Assembly: GCA_050273025.1 (NCBI GenBank)
Contig: CP158635.1
Location: 13,578,001-13,642,000 of the forward strand
Origin: Cenococcum geophilum
Lineage: Eukaryota
Reading direction: 5' to 3'
Length of the DNA: 64,000 nt
Each line of letters starts with the position of its first letter. The stretch's first letter is position 1. A program made the position numbers and the translations under genes. Positions 26,389 to 38,910 of the stretch are shown in pieces. Under the pieces are notes generated by a model. That model did not search any database and was not told the origin of the DNA. It saw only the letters and a list, made by a program, of their open reading frames with translations.

Positions 26389-27280
26389 AACAATAAAAAT
26401 TCTAGATTTAAAAATAAGGTATATTAAAACTCCAGTATTTTCAGCTAGTCAAAAAATACAAAATTAATTTAATTATATATAATCTAAATAATCCAAATTA
26501 ATATCTCCTGTCTACCGCCTGTGTCTGTTATGGAGCTCTACGATCGCTCGGGCGTCGGGCGATCGACTGAGGAGCCTCTCGCGGAGGCTCCAAATCGTCG
26601 ATCGGCGGTGTTCCCGATGATCCGCCGGCCGTGTACTGATTTCCTAACTAGGCCTAGTGCCTGCCTGCCTGCCTGCCTGTCTGTCCTACCTGTCTGTGCC
26701 TGCCTGTGCCTGTCGTGCCTACCTGTCTATGCCTACCTGTCTGTATCTGTAATTTGGGGGAGAGGTCGGCCCGATTGAAGGCTCTACTTGATTCGAATCG
26801 TTCTCCATAGGCGTTCGTTGGCTATACGTTTAAACGGTGGTCGTCTGGGGTGCCTCCCTAGGAGGCCTTGATTCGATTTAATTCGGTAATAGGCTGATAT
26901 CAAGGCTCTGGTTCGATTCGATCGATCAATCGAATCGATCGTGGTGTTCGCTGGCTGGTCGTTCAAACGATTATCGTCTGGTTCTGACGACGGTCCTCTC
27001 CTACTTGCCTGCCTACCTACCTACTTACCTACCTACCTACCTGCCTGCCTGTGTTAGTATCTGATTAATTTAGGGGAGAGGTCGGCCCGATTAAAGGCTC
27101 TAATTGTTCTCTATGGCCGTTCGCTAGCTGTACATTCGAACGGTAGTCGTCTAGGGTGCCTCCCTAGGAGGCCTTGATACGATTCGGTAATGGGCCAATA
27201 TCAAATTTAATTAATCGATCAATTGAATCGTTCGTAGTCTTCGCTAGCTGGTTGTTTGAAAGGTTGTCGTCTAGTTCTTG

Positions 27281-27430
27281 TAACGGTCGTCTGGTTCTGG
27301 CGACGGTCGTCTAGTTCTGGCGACGGTCGTCTGGTTCTGGCGACGGTCGTCTGGTTCTGGCGACGATCGTCTGGTTCTGGCGACGGTCGTCTAGTTCTAG
27401 CGACGGTTGTCTAGTTTTGGCGACGGTCCT
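27281..27430. repeat. 20-bp tandem repeat cgacggtcgtctggttctgg, ~7.5 copies
   Basis: Directly visible. Confidence 0.95.
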
Positions 27431-29406
27431 CTGCTAGCTGCCGTTCTAGTGCCTTCTAAGGGAGGATATAAGGAAGGGTAAAGAATGGGGTGACTACAAA
27501 GGGGGTAACTTGGCAGAGGCACGTGTAGGCTATTAGGAATATAGCGGGGACCTGATAGCACTGTGTGTCGCGCGCACGCGTACATAGGGTCGTGTCGCAT
27601 TAGGGGGAAGGTATCCCATTAGGGGAGGTATCACAGTGGGGAGGGTGTCGCATTGGGGGGGGTGTCTTGAGGGGTGTGTATAGGAGGTGTCGCTTTAGGG
27701 GGGGGGGGGGGGGTTAGGAGGGATATCGCTTAGGGGTATCCTGTCAGGAACCTGACAGGACGATCAGGAAAATTAAGATCCTGCCAGGAGCCTATCAGGA
27801 ACGATCAGGAAATACTAGTTTCCTATTAAGACCCTAACAGGACCGTAAGAGGACGATCAGGAAATCAAAGATCCTGCCAGGAGCCTGTTAGGACGACCAG
27901 GACGATCAGGAAAATCAAAATCCTGCCAGGAGCCTGCCAGGAGCCTACCAGGACGATCAGGACCTCCAGGAAAGTCAAAATCCTGTCAGGAGGCCTCCAG
28001 GATCTTGGCACCCCAACAAAATGCTGATGTAACAAGGAACTCCGCAAGCTCCTCCCTAAGAGGTACTATAACTTTATTAATATGTGCTTATAAAAGGGCG
28101 TAGATATACTCCCCCTATATTAACCTAACGACTATACTATTAATATTAAATAAGGAAAAATGCTACCTTATAGGAGACCCTACCTAATATTAAAAGACGA
28201 ACTTTTAGTTATAAAAAAGTATATTGACGAGCACCTTAATAAAGGGTTTATTCGTCCTAGTATATTACTAGCAGCCGCCCCTATCCTTCTTGCTAAGAAG
28301 CTAGGAAAAGGTATTTAATTCTACGTTAACTATAGAGGACTTAACGCTATTATAATTAAGAACTAATACCTAGTACCGCTTATATGTAAGACCCTTAAAC
28401 GGCTTAGTTAAGCCAAAATCTATACTAAGCTTAATATTATCGCCGCCTTTAATTATTTTTAAATATAGGAAGGTAATAAATGGAAAACCGCATTTATATC
28501 GCGCTTCGGCCAATTTAAATATACTATTATGCCCTTTAGTATATGTAACGGCCCAGGCACCTTCTAAAGCTATATTAATAACGCCTTATAGGACTACCTT
28601 AACGACTTCTACTCGGCGTACCTAGACGATATACTTATTTATAGCAATAACCCTTCTGAGTATACTAAGCACGTTTAAAAGGTCCTATAGCGCCTTAGGG
28701 AAGCAGGACTCTATATTAATTTAAAGAAGTGTGAATTCTTAGTTATAGAAGTAAAATACCTTAAACTAATTGTTACTACTAAGGGTGTCCGTATAGACCC
28801 TAAGAAGGTATATATAATTACCGAATAGCAAGCCCCTAACTGCATTAAGGACGTATAAGCCTTCCTTAGTTTTGCTAACTTCTATTAGAAATTTATATAC
28901 AACTTTTTAGGCGTAGTAGTACTACTTATAGTAATAATATAAACGAAGGGCCTTTTTATAAAAGGAAGAAAAACGTACCTACGCTTTATTTAGACGCCTA
29001 ACTATAAGAAGGCGTTCTAAGACCTTAAAAATGCCTTTACTAAAGCACTTATCCTAGCTCACTTTATACTAGGATAATAACTCTATCTTAAAACCGACTC
29101 CTTAGACCACGTTAACGTAGGCGTTCTTTCTTAGATAGGTAATAACGGTTTCCTCTATCTAGTTGTATTCTACTTATCTAAGCTTATACTATAAGAGTGT
29201 AACTATAAAATCTATAATAAAGAACTCCTTACAATTATATAGAGTACCTCCCTACTCCGTGCACGTTCCCACTCAATGCACGGCATTTTCCATACAAAAT
29301 CCCTAACTTTACACCCTTATAATATAACCACTATTAAAGCTATTATTATAAATTTTTATAATTAGAATATTTATAACTATATAAATATATTTTTAGCTTT
29401 ATATTA

Positions 29407-29627
29407 TGTTGGGAATAAAGGCAAATGGTCACCATATGAGGCATATTGCCGTCACGTGTGGCAAGTTGCCGTTACGTGCGGCAAGTTGCCATCACGTGCC
29501 GCCGCGGCACTAGCGTGGTGAGGAACCTTAAGTTCCTCACCCCTTTCTTCAAGAAGAGAATAGAACAGAACAATTATCATACTATCTACGAACCGTAGCT
29601 ACGTGATATCCCCTTGTGAGTCCAACA
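29407..29627. mobile_element. Solo LTR (221 bp), little RIP
   Basis: TGTTGG...CCAACA termini, TSD tatta on both sides, internal ~20-bp tandem gccgtcacgtgtggcaagtt. Confidence 0.92.
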
Positions 29628-30404
29628 TATTATATAAATTAATTATTTTTAGCTAATTATATAGCTTTAAATTTAAGATATTTAAAAAATATTAAAAATA
29701 TTTACTAAATAGTTTATAATAAATTTAATATTAAAGCTATAATAATAAAACTTTAAATATATAATATTTAATTAATATAAAATATAATAATAGTAAATTA
29801 ATATATATAAATATTACTTATACTAAGTTATAGTTAATTAAAATATATTAATTTACTATAAAAAATATTAACTAAAAAATACTAATTGCTAAGTATATTT
29901 TTATATTATTTTATATTATTTTATATTATTTATATTTAGTAATATATATTTTTAAATATTATATATTTTTTATTAATTATTGTTAGTATAACTCTCTTTA
30001 TTAACGTGCACGAATATTACTTATAGTGGTACGTATACGGTATTGAAGTTAGTAGTTAATTGTTGTCTAGAAGAAAGGGGTTGCTCTAAGGTTAGACAGT
30101 TAGTCTCGCTTTGTAGTCCCATAACTATGTCACGTAATTAATATTCTAATACTAGAGCAACTCTAAAAAGAAGGCTAATCTATACTCCAAAGTTAAGTTT
30201 TCTAGACTACTCGTAACGTATACGCAATAGCGACTTTCTACTAAATTCTGCCATATTACTAAATTCTGCTAAATTCTGCTATATTACCGAATTCTGCCAA
30301 ATTCTGCTAAACCTAACTTCTGCCAACTAATTAGGATTTTCCATCCCCGGGATAGAAAATTACTATTAGCTCGCTTAGTACTAGCGCCAACGCTAAACTA
30401 AAGT

Positions 30405-33400
30405 TGAATCCGTTCGCTTAACCCACCCTATAGCCCGTAATTTAACTTAATTCGTATTAATAAGCTGTAATAGTGCCGTATAGGGCTTACCCTTTATTAT
30501 AACGTCCGTAGGGTTAGTATCTCCATTAATCTACTTAACTTTAGTAATCTGTCTTTATTTATAAGCTTAGCAAAGGCATATTATATTAATTATTAAGCGT
30601 TTCTCTTGCGTAGTTTCTAGTTGGACGAGATAGTTATATAAAGACTTTGAATTAGTATAGAGGATAAATAGTAGGTTAACCTATAGGACCTTATCTAGCG
30701 TAGATTTAATTATAGCGCCTATATCGAAACCATGCGCTATACCGTATAGCTTTAAGGCTAATACACTCCTAGTAACTCTTTTACACTTAATTAAGGACTA
30801 GTAGACAATATTTGCCTTATTTAAGGCGTCTGCTAGTATAAGTACGTAGCCAATTTGCGAAGATAGGTCCTTATTATTAGTAAAGGAAGCGTCCGTAAAT
30901 ACCAGGAGTTATAAGGTGTTAGCGTTTAGCTTAATAAACTTTAGGCCTTTATTTACGTTCTTAATCTGCCAGCTTAATCGCCTATTAAGACTCTTTGCAT
31001 TATCTTTAACTAGGTTAATTACCTAAGTAGTAAAGGATAGGTTATATAAGGCCTTTAGCTAACAGACTAAGGCGATATAGACTCCTTTAGCGCGTTAAGC
31101 GATATACTAGTCCTTTAGTATAAGCAGGCTATGCGTAACTCCTCTAGAGCTAGTGCTGTTTGCTAGCGTAGTATTAACCACACTAAGGTTCTTATACTAG
31201 CGCCTTTGCGTTAGCGTAATGCTCCTATCTTATATTAATTAAATAAGTCCTCTATTAAACTTAATTGGTATATTAGCGGTTAGTTACTCTCGCTCCTTAG
31301 CTATAAATTCGGCCTTATATAGTTCGCTTTATTTAGCCTCTATAAAGGTGTCATCTATAAGGAATAGTGTATTATTAGTCTATAGGCTAACAATTCCGAA
31401 AGGCTTATTGCTGTAAAGTAAGCAAGGGTCGTACGTGGACTGGTCCATTCGTAGCTAATTAACGTGGTATAAATGGTAGGTCTTAAACCAGTGGTTTCTA
31501 GCTTTAGGTACTCTATAAAGTGGCTTTATAACCTTTAGAATAGAGTCCGTATTAATTCCCAATTATTTATTTAGCTTATATAGTGGTTGTATATAAAACT
31601 CGCGGTTTAGGTTCGTAGTAGACTAGATATAGGCTTATAAGATATCTTAGAGGTAGAGTTATATCTACGGTAGCATAGCAGCAATATAGAGAATTAGCCG
31701 CTAACTAACTCGTTAAATTATTGGTAACTAAGTAAGAACTAGCTCTTTCTCCAAATTGTTATAGGCCTATACGACAAGTTATAATTTCTTAAAGGCTTTA
31801 TTAGTTCCCTTATTCTTAATCTCGTTAATAAACCGTAAATTAAAGAGTCTAACCCCCTTTGGTATATTATATAGCTTAATAATCTCGAAGACGCCTTTCT
31901 TAAGTAGGCCTATGACCTCCTTTTGTCGTGAAGCGCTGAATTGGGTGTTGCTATCGTTCTGTAAGTAAATAGTAGTGTTAGCCGTATCTGCGGTATCATT
32001 GTCCTGTAAGTAGATAGCGATATTAGCAATATCTATAATGTTCGCAATATCCGCCATAGAAGTGCCTATATCTATTATAGTATCTATAACAGCTGCGTCT
32101 ATAACGGCCGTAAGTAATAGGTATTTACGGGGGCGACCTCTACCCCGCTTTAGCGGTAGCTGTGGTTTAGCCTTAGGTAACGATTGAGGTTTGGCTGGTA
32201 AAGGTACTGGTTTATCTAGTTTAACAGACTTTCGTAGTTCAACTAGGTCTTATGGGTCTAGTAGGTAAGGTTTTACAACCGTAGAGCGGAAGGTTATAGG
32301 CCCATTTAGTAGCTTTACGGTATAGGTCTTACCGTTAACGGCAAGTAGTATATATAGCCCATCCCAATAACCACTTTGGCCAGTATTGCCTTCTCTTTAG
32401 ACTAAGACAGGCGAACTAGGTAGAAGGCCATAAATGGCGTTAGTTTGTGGTCCGTTTCGCATTTTAAGAGCGTTAGCGATCTATCGTTTAGCTTATAGCT
32501 TCTAGATTTCTACCATTACTTTCTTAATAGCCGCAGCTCGCTGTGTGACTAAGGGTAATGGCGCGTCCGATTTAACCATTTGGGGGTAGGCTCCAAAGAC
32601 TAGGAGTATAGGGACTAGGCCCTCTGGGCCAGCCGTGTCATTAATGGCTTTAAAGGCCATTTATAGGGCTATCTCCTTACTAATTTTAGGGATTTCAGTC
32701 GTAATAATTTGGTAGGCTCGTTGTAGCGGACCATAGTAGCGTTCTACCATTCTAATAGAATTATGTGATTCGACTAGAACTAACTTTATAGTTGCTCCTA
32801 TAGTAGCAGCGTAGTACTTAAACTCCTTACTAACAAAGTTCTTCCTAGCGTCTGTGGTAATTAGGTTTAGTGGTCCTAAATAGCTGTTAATCTAGCACAT
32901 TCGTAGAACGTCCTAAGTATGCTTAGCGCTAATATCTTATAGCCATCTGCTAGCTTAAAATCGAGTTGCTTTATTAACTATATATAATAGCGGGGAGCCG
33001 CTAATGTATATAATATCGATAACGATATTATAATTAAAATTAACGTTATCTTGTAAGGTAAAGCGAAATCTACCTAGAGATCTACTAAACTTCTAGCAGT
33101 AGTGGTAGAGTTTAGTTAGCTCTTTAATAGCAGATCTATTAGTATTATGGCCGTAGCCAGCCTTATCAAGAAGCTTTTGCAGTCTATTAACTAACGGGTA
33201 ACTAAATCGACGGTGTAGACGTCGTAGTTCTACGTCAGTTAAGTAGCAAGGGTTTATATTAAAAGACTCAACCAGATAAGACTATAAGGAGAAGCTCTAT
33301 AGGAGAAATAGGTGGCCAAATCGTCTAACTACTGGCACCTTTTTAGTGCGAGTAATAATAACGTCTTTTAGGTTATCGTATTTGATATAGAGTCTATCTA

Positions 33401-35557
33401 TATCTGCTAAGCAAAGTAGGAAAGAAGTATCTGCTTTAACGATGTGGAATTATACCTTACCTATAGGGCTGTTAACGTCTATAGTTCCGATAGACGTAGA
33501 GGCTCCGATTCCGAATTGGACAGTTACTTAGCCCTTAGTTGACGTGTTAAGGCTTATAGACTTATCTACGGCCTATAGAGCTTAGAATTGACCATAGCCA
33601 GCTATAGACTTGCGCGAAGCACCTATATTAATTATAATTCCTATAAAGACCGTCGAGGTGTATCGTGACGCTATGGCTGTAGCCGTACTGTAAGTAAATG
33701 GGTTGGTCTCTATATAAAGTTCCGTAGTAGACTCTATAGTGAGTTTTAAAGCCGTAAGCAGGTATATATAAGCCTTATTAGCTAGCTCTACGCTTATAGA
33801 GGTAACTTCCTCCGTAGTAAGTGTTCCAAAAGTAGTGATATAGGTAGAACTATTGTTAGGTTCTCCAGTATCGCTCCTAGAGTCGTTAGCGTCTTATATA
33901 TAGGCTTCAAAGTCTAAATTATTATCTTTATCTCTTTCGCAAGCAGCGACGTATTGCTTAAAGTGGTTATTAAAGTTACCCTTATTACGGCCCTTAATAT
34001 TAATAAAGCGTCTCTTATAGTCGTCTCTAGACCGACTACGCTTATTCTCTATATGTTTCTATAAACGGCAGTTCTCCTTCTTACAGACGTAACACTTAGC
34101 CTTTAGTCTGCCGTTAGTTCCGTGGGGGCGATTGCTGCCGTAGCAATTGGTGCTTCGGTCTCGATTCTGGTTATTTTAATAGTAGCGTCAATCCGTAAAA
34201 AAAGCTTAGTAAGATAGTCTTATTAAGGCCTATAGGTGTTCTTTTTCCTACGCGATAATAGAGGATTATAGCTTACTAATTAACTAAGAAAGGTCTTCTA
34301 AAGGGTTAGAAACAGCAATACGGCATGCTAGCACTTCCTAGCAAGCAGTGACTAACTTATTTATAAGAATGCGGTTTGTATAAAAGTCTAGGTGTAGTCT
34401 ATAACGTTGCTTTAGCAGTTTATCTATAAGCAGTTAGAAGTTCTAATAGATTAACTTATTAGGGTTTTTATCTATAACTCTATAAGGTTCTTGCGGTAGT
34501 ATTCTAGCCCTTTAAAGAACTATTGTATATAGTTACAGGCTTTAGTAAAAGGTCTTAACTCAAGGTTACTGTTATAGTAGTGGTCCTAAGCAAGCCCTTT
34601 TAGCATACTAGGGAATGCTACTATATAGCCTTCTAGTAGTAAGCTAGATCTCTTACAGATATTATAGAAGATAGTTAGCTTAAAGTTAAAGCTATTATTA
34701 ACTCTATTGTACTTTTGGTCGTCTATATAAATCTTTACAATTATAGCCACCTCCTTACTATATCTAGGTCCTTGCTTAGGTTCTTACTTAGGTCCTTACT
34801 CTACGCTAGACATAGCTAGTTTAGGTAGTGTATATATATATAGCTGCTACGGCTGCTGCGGCTGCTATAGCTGCTGCTTTTTTAGCTATAGCAGTTAATT
34901 AATAAAAGCGTGGATTTGGTTATAATTGGAGGGTTAAGGACCGGGAGGGGTAGTAGGGGTAGTAGGGGTAGCGATTGGAGTGGCTGGCGGTGTAGCGGTT
35001 GGAGTAGATCTAGGGGGGGTAGTAGGGGTAGCGGGGGCAGCGGCCGAAGTAGCTAGTGGTGTAATAATTGGAGTAGATCTGGGGGGGGTAGTAGGGGTAG
35101 CGGGGGTAGCAGCCGGAGTAGCTAGTGGTGTAGCGAGCTTGTCTAAGGTTGAATTAAGTTAGTTCCGTAGAGCCATAGTAATTATTAGCCCGATCTTAAT
35201 AAGGGCTAGGTTAATTTCTTTATCCGTCTATTTATAAGGCTCTTCTTTATTAGTAATATCCGTTAGTACTTTACTAAGGGAGTATCTCTTATCTTGCTTA
35301 ATAACGTATACTCCTCTTTTAACTAGGTAGTTACGGATTTCTAATCTAATACTAGATAGTACTTATTTAAAGGTCTCTAGCGTAAAGTCCTTAAAGTCTT
35401 CCTAAAACGCTGTCCACAATAAAAAGTCTATAAGGTTAGATCGTGTGTATTAGTACATCTTAGTCTCCACGTACTCCGCTAGATTGTTATCTATAGCTGT
35501 CTCCATGTCGATTCTATAGCCGTATTTAGCAATTCTCTTCTTCTAATCAATTTCCAT
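30405..35557 (-). pseudogene. Co2 gag-pol polyprotein
   Basis: ATG at 35557 (MEID.KKRIAKY); motifs as for Co2; includes ORF-track entry 31779-32057. Confidence 0.85.
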
Positions 35558-35784
35558 ATTGTCGTGTTTTTTTTTTTTTTTTTTTTTTAAGGGTAGGTAT
35601 AAGGGTAGGTATAAGGGTAGGTATGAGGTTTATAGTTAAGGTTGAGGTTTGAGGTTAAGATTAAGGTTAAGGTCGAGGTCGAGGTTATAGAGGTAAGGGT
35701 GTAAAGGTGAGGGTGTAAAGGTGTGTACGTGTCCTATTGACGAATCTATAGTTCTTAGACACTGTAGACGATTTTAGTAAAGAT

Positions 35785-36085
35785 ATGGTCCTCTAGGCGA
35801 TCTAACGCGTTAACAGTTAAGTTAATACGTGGTTTTAAGCTTTAAGGGTCCTCTAGGCGATCTAACGCATTAGTAAGCTAATACGTAGGTTTTAAGCTTT
35901 AAGGATAACGTAGCTCTTTTTAAGTAAAAATACAATTCTCTAGGCGATCTAACGTATCAGCAAGCTAATACGTGGTTTTGAGCTTTAAGGGTAACGTAAC
36001 TTTCTCCTTTAACTGAAATAGGGCGATAGCTCTGCGATCTAACGCGTTAGCAGTTAAGCTAATGCGTGGTTTTAAGCTTTGCTAT
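35785..36085. repeat. Four ~55-60-bp repeats (gcgatctaacgcgttagcag..gctaatacgtggttttaagcttt) in the Co2 5' leader
   Basis: Copies at about 35790, 35850, 35938 and 36030. Confidence 0.85.
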
Positions 36086-36569
36086 TGCGTATTTCCTAAT
36101 CTGTACGTCTACTAATTAGTGTTGGTATAACTCTCTTTATTAACGTGCACAAATATTACTTATAGTAGTACGTATGCGGTGTTAAAGTTAGTAGTTGATT
36201 GTTATCTAGAAGAAAGGGGTTGCTCCAAGGTCAGATAGTTAGTCTCACTTTGTAGTCCCGTGACTACGTCACGTGATTAATGTTCTGACAATTATTTAGT
36301 TAGTAAATAAAGGTTATTTTTAATAAAAATATAATTACTTTAAAAAATATTATATTAATTAGGAATTTTTTATACTATTATGTTATTTAGATAAAATGTA
36401 GTATATTAGAAAATATTATTATATAGATATACTTATTATATAACTTTTTAACTAAGTTATTTTTATTAAAATAATTAAAGGTTTAAAAGTATTATAATAT
36501 TTTAACTATAATAATTATATATATATTTTAACTATAAAAACATTTTATATTAGTTAAATATTATATATT

Positions 36570-38910
36570 ATTATTAATTCTATTTATCGCCCGATTTGGT
36601 CCCTTTTTAGGTCCATGCAGGCTTCTACCTTCTATATATAGGAAAAACCCCCTAGGGGGGAAAACCTAGGTATATCCTTTTAGCTAGTCTTACGCGCTCC
36701 GCCTTCGCCTAGCCTATATACCTTTATATAATATCTGCCTTATATACTATACTTTCAAGGTGTCTTAGAAGATCTAAGGGGTAGTAAAAGGGTTTGGTAA
36801 TTCGCTAGCGTACTACCTTTAACTAGGTAGGGGGTGTCCAGTCTTTAAGGGACTAAAAGGGGGCGTATCCTTTAGTGTCCTCCTGCTGGATCTCATTTGC
36901 TGTCTAGAACTGCTAAAGGACTCCTTAGCTTATAAGCCATTGTACTACTTTATATAAACCCCTGCTTATAAAGAGCATTTAGGTAATATTATTTGTGCCT
37001 GCTCTAGCGAACAACTAGTCTCTTACAGTACGTTAGTTGCAGAATAGTAGTACGTAGCGTACTAACTATATAGGCCATCCGCACGTACAGTGTGGCGTAA
37101 TATTTAGGACATGGATGCTTACTAGCTATATATTTAGCCCTAAGACCTCTATCCTTAATAGGAAGGCGGCTATAGATTCTGCCTTCGTCTATCCTTCGTA
37201 TAAGGGGAGAGTTAGTATCGTCCATAGGGTGATCCATATAGCTACCCTCTATGTTTTTGCCGCCTTCTTCTATCGTTAGTTCCACTTAATATCTGCCCAT
37301 CTTGCGATGCATATAATAAATCTCCACTTATACTAGTGGCCTCCTATCCTCTACTACTGTAATAGCACTCCGCCAGCGTAGCGCTGGGTCTCCGCTTAGT
37401 ATTATAGTAGCTCCCGTATTTCCTATTCTTTCTTTACCGTATATAGGCGGAGGGCTTCCTAGCTTATAAGCTTGGGCGCGTTGCCCCTTTAGGGGGCCCT
37501 TACTCCTTATATACAATTAAGTGTTTAGCATATATCCTTCTCCACTAGGTAGTCTTGTACTATAGCTGCTCTTTATATAGCAATTGTGTCTATATATATG
37601 TCTAGTAGAGGTACTACTACTTCGCGTTCTAGTACGGCACGTGGTATCCTCTTATAGGCCCCTATAATTCTATATAGGCATTAGTTTTATAGTTTAACTA
37701 ATAGCTCTAGGGAGCTTTTTGCTAGTGGCTTGCCTTTTAGGTCCACGCCCTAAATCTAGGCGCCGTATAGCATTATTAGCCTTACTACAGCTGTGTATAG
37801 TAGTCGTATACGTCTACTAGGATATATTTATATTATAAAGCTATAAGAGTTATATATAAAGTAGAGTTACAGAGGCCCTCTTGCCAGGGCCCTCTACTAT
37901 AGTTTTCTACTTTAGACGCCTATACGCCTATCTACTTCTATAGCAGCCAGCCAACCAAAACTAGCTACTGCCTATATGCACCTAATTTGCTCCATAAGCC
38001 TATCCTTATAGCCTACCCCTACCTAAATAAACCAATACGCGCGTCTGTCCTTTTAGGCTATACAGACAGTGTTGTTAACAAGGTGTTAATCCTTCCTCTA
38101 AAATAGGTCCACTAGGAGTTAGAGCCTAGTAAAGGGGTAAGGTTCCTAGAGTTGTCCGTTACTACTATTATATACCACGCCCCACAGCTATCGCTGCTTC
38201 GCGTTACCTGTGACGCTCTTATAATAATAGGCCGACCGTATCTTATAGGCGTAGGCCCATAATAACTTAACGCCGCGTAGCTATTATCCCTTAGCCACCT
38301 ACTAACCAAACTTGTTATCCTCTTATTTTAACTAATACCTGCATCTAAGTCCGTTCCAGCCTATCCCGTAGGTCCGTTCCAGGTCCGTTCTAAGTCCGTT
38401 CCAGGTCCGTTCTAGAGGATTAACGTCATAGGATTAACGTCGTAGGATTAACGTCGCCTTATTAACAGGTGGATTAACGTCGCTAAATGTAGTTAACGGT
38501 GTTAAGATTCTTCCTATACCCTTACTGCTGTAGCAGTCTTAGAGCAGAACAAGTATAGAGGTGCCCTGTCATCCCCTTAGACCTATTACTTCTACCAGTA
38601 AGTATAAGCGCTAGCTTATAGCCCTAGATCGGTCGTCTAGGTAGAGAGACGTCGGGTAGTTTTTAAAACGACTCCTTTGTTCTTCTATGGTGTTTTTTAA
38701 GTCTTAGCACGCCAAGACCCGCGAAAACTCTGCTGTTCTAACGGCGTTAAGGACTGAGCATTCAAAAGCGCCCTCTAGCTACGACGTAACGCTGCTGCAT
38801 CAGTAACAGACAAGATCCTCACTCTCAGCTTAACCGTACGGACAAGATAAGACGGAAAAGAACCCCTATAGGACAGTATGGGTCGGGTCTCGATTTTAGT
38901 GTTCTTTTTT
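36570..38910 (-). mobile_element. Short LINE-derived insertion: ORF2 3' end plus ~1 kb of unassigned 5' sequence
   Basis: RLLYTAVVRLIMLYGA..CLYRIIGAYKRIPRAVLERE (~37810-37620) and CTCGWPI..VRYVLLFC (~37090-37040). AAT-like tail at ~36570-36585. 16-bp TSD ttaaatattatatatt at 36554-36569 and 38912-38927. Confidence 0.82.

Larger units (their letters stand above)
26178..28029. mobile_element. Non-autonomous TIR DNA element (1852 bp) with subterminal repeat arrays; superfamily uncertain
   Basis: Termini CATCAGCA...TGCTGATG (imperfect TIR to ~22 bp) with TA on both sides. Removing it plus one TA restores the C pol frame (KKGLT-NKELRKLLP). No transposase recognised. Confidence 0.85.
29981..36290 (-). 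mobile_element. Full-length Copia-like LTR retrotransposon Co2 (same lineage type as Co1)
   Basis: 171-bp LTRs at 29981-30151 and 36120-36290; TSD attat. Minus-strand CYVCKKENC, HRRFSY, RLFNLRFINEIK, DASFTNNKDLSSQIGY. Confidence 0.95.

Noticed and set aside
26135..26467. 110-aa ORF with RTT/RTS/RTI repeats
   Set aside because: Read-through from C pol into the 9-bp tandem repeat of the inserted element.
27281..27430. CRISPR-like array
   Set aside because: Head-to-tail 20-mers with no unique spacers, no cas genes, and a fungal context.
34980..35162. Gly/Val/Ala-rich ORF
   Set aside because: Antisense reading of the Pro/Thr/Ala repeat in Co2 gag.
35589..35725. Telomere-like repeats
   Set aside because: Units are taagggtaggta and gaggtt/gaggtc, not TTAGGG arrays, and they lie within the Co2 leader.
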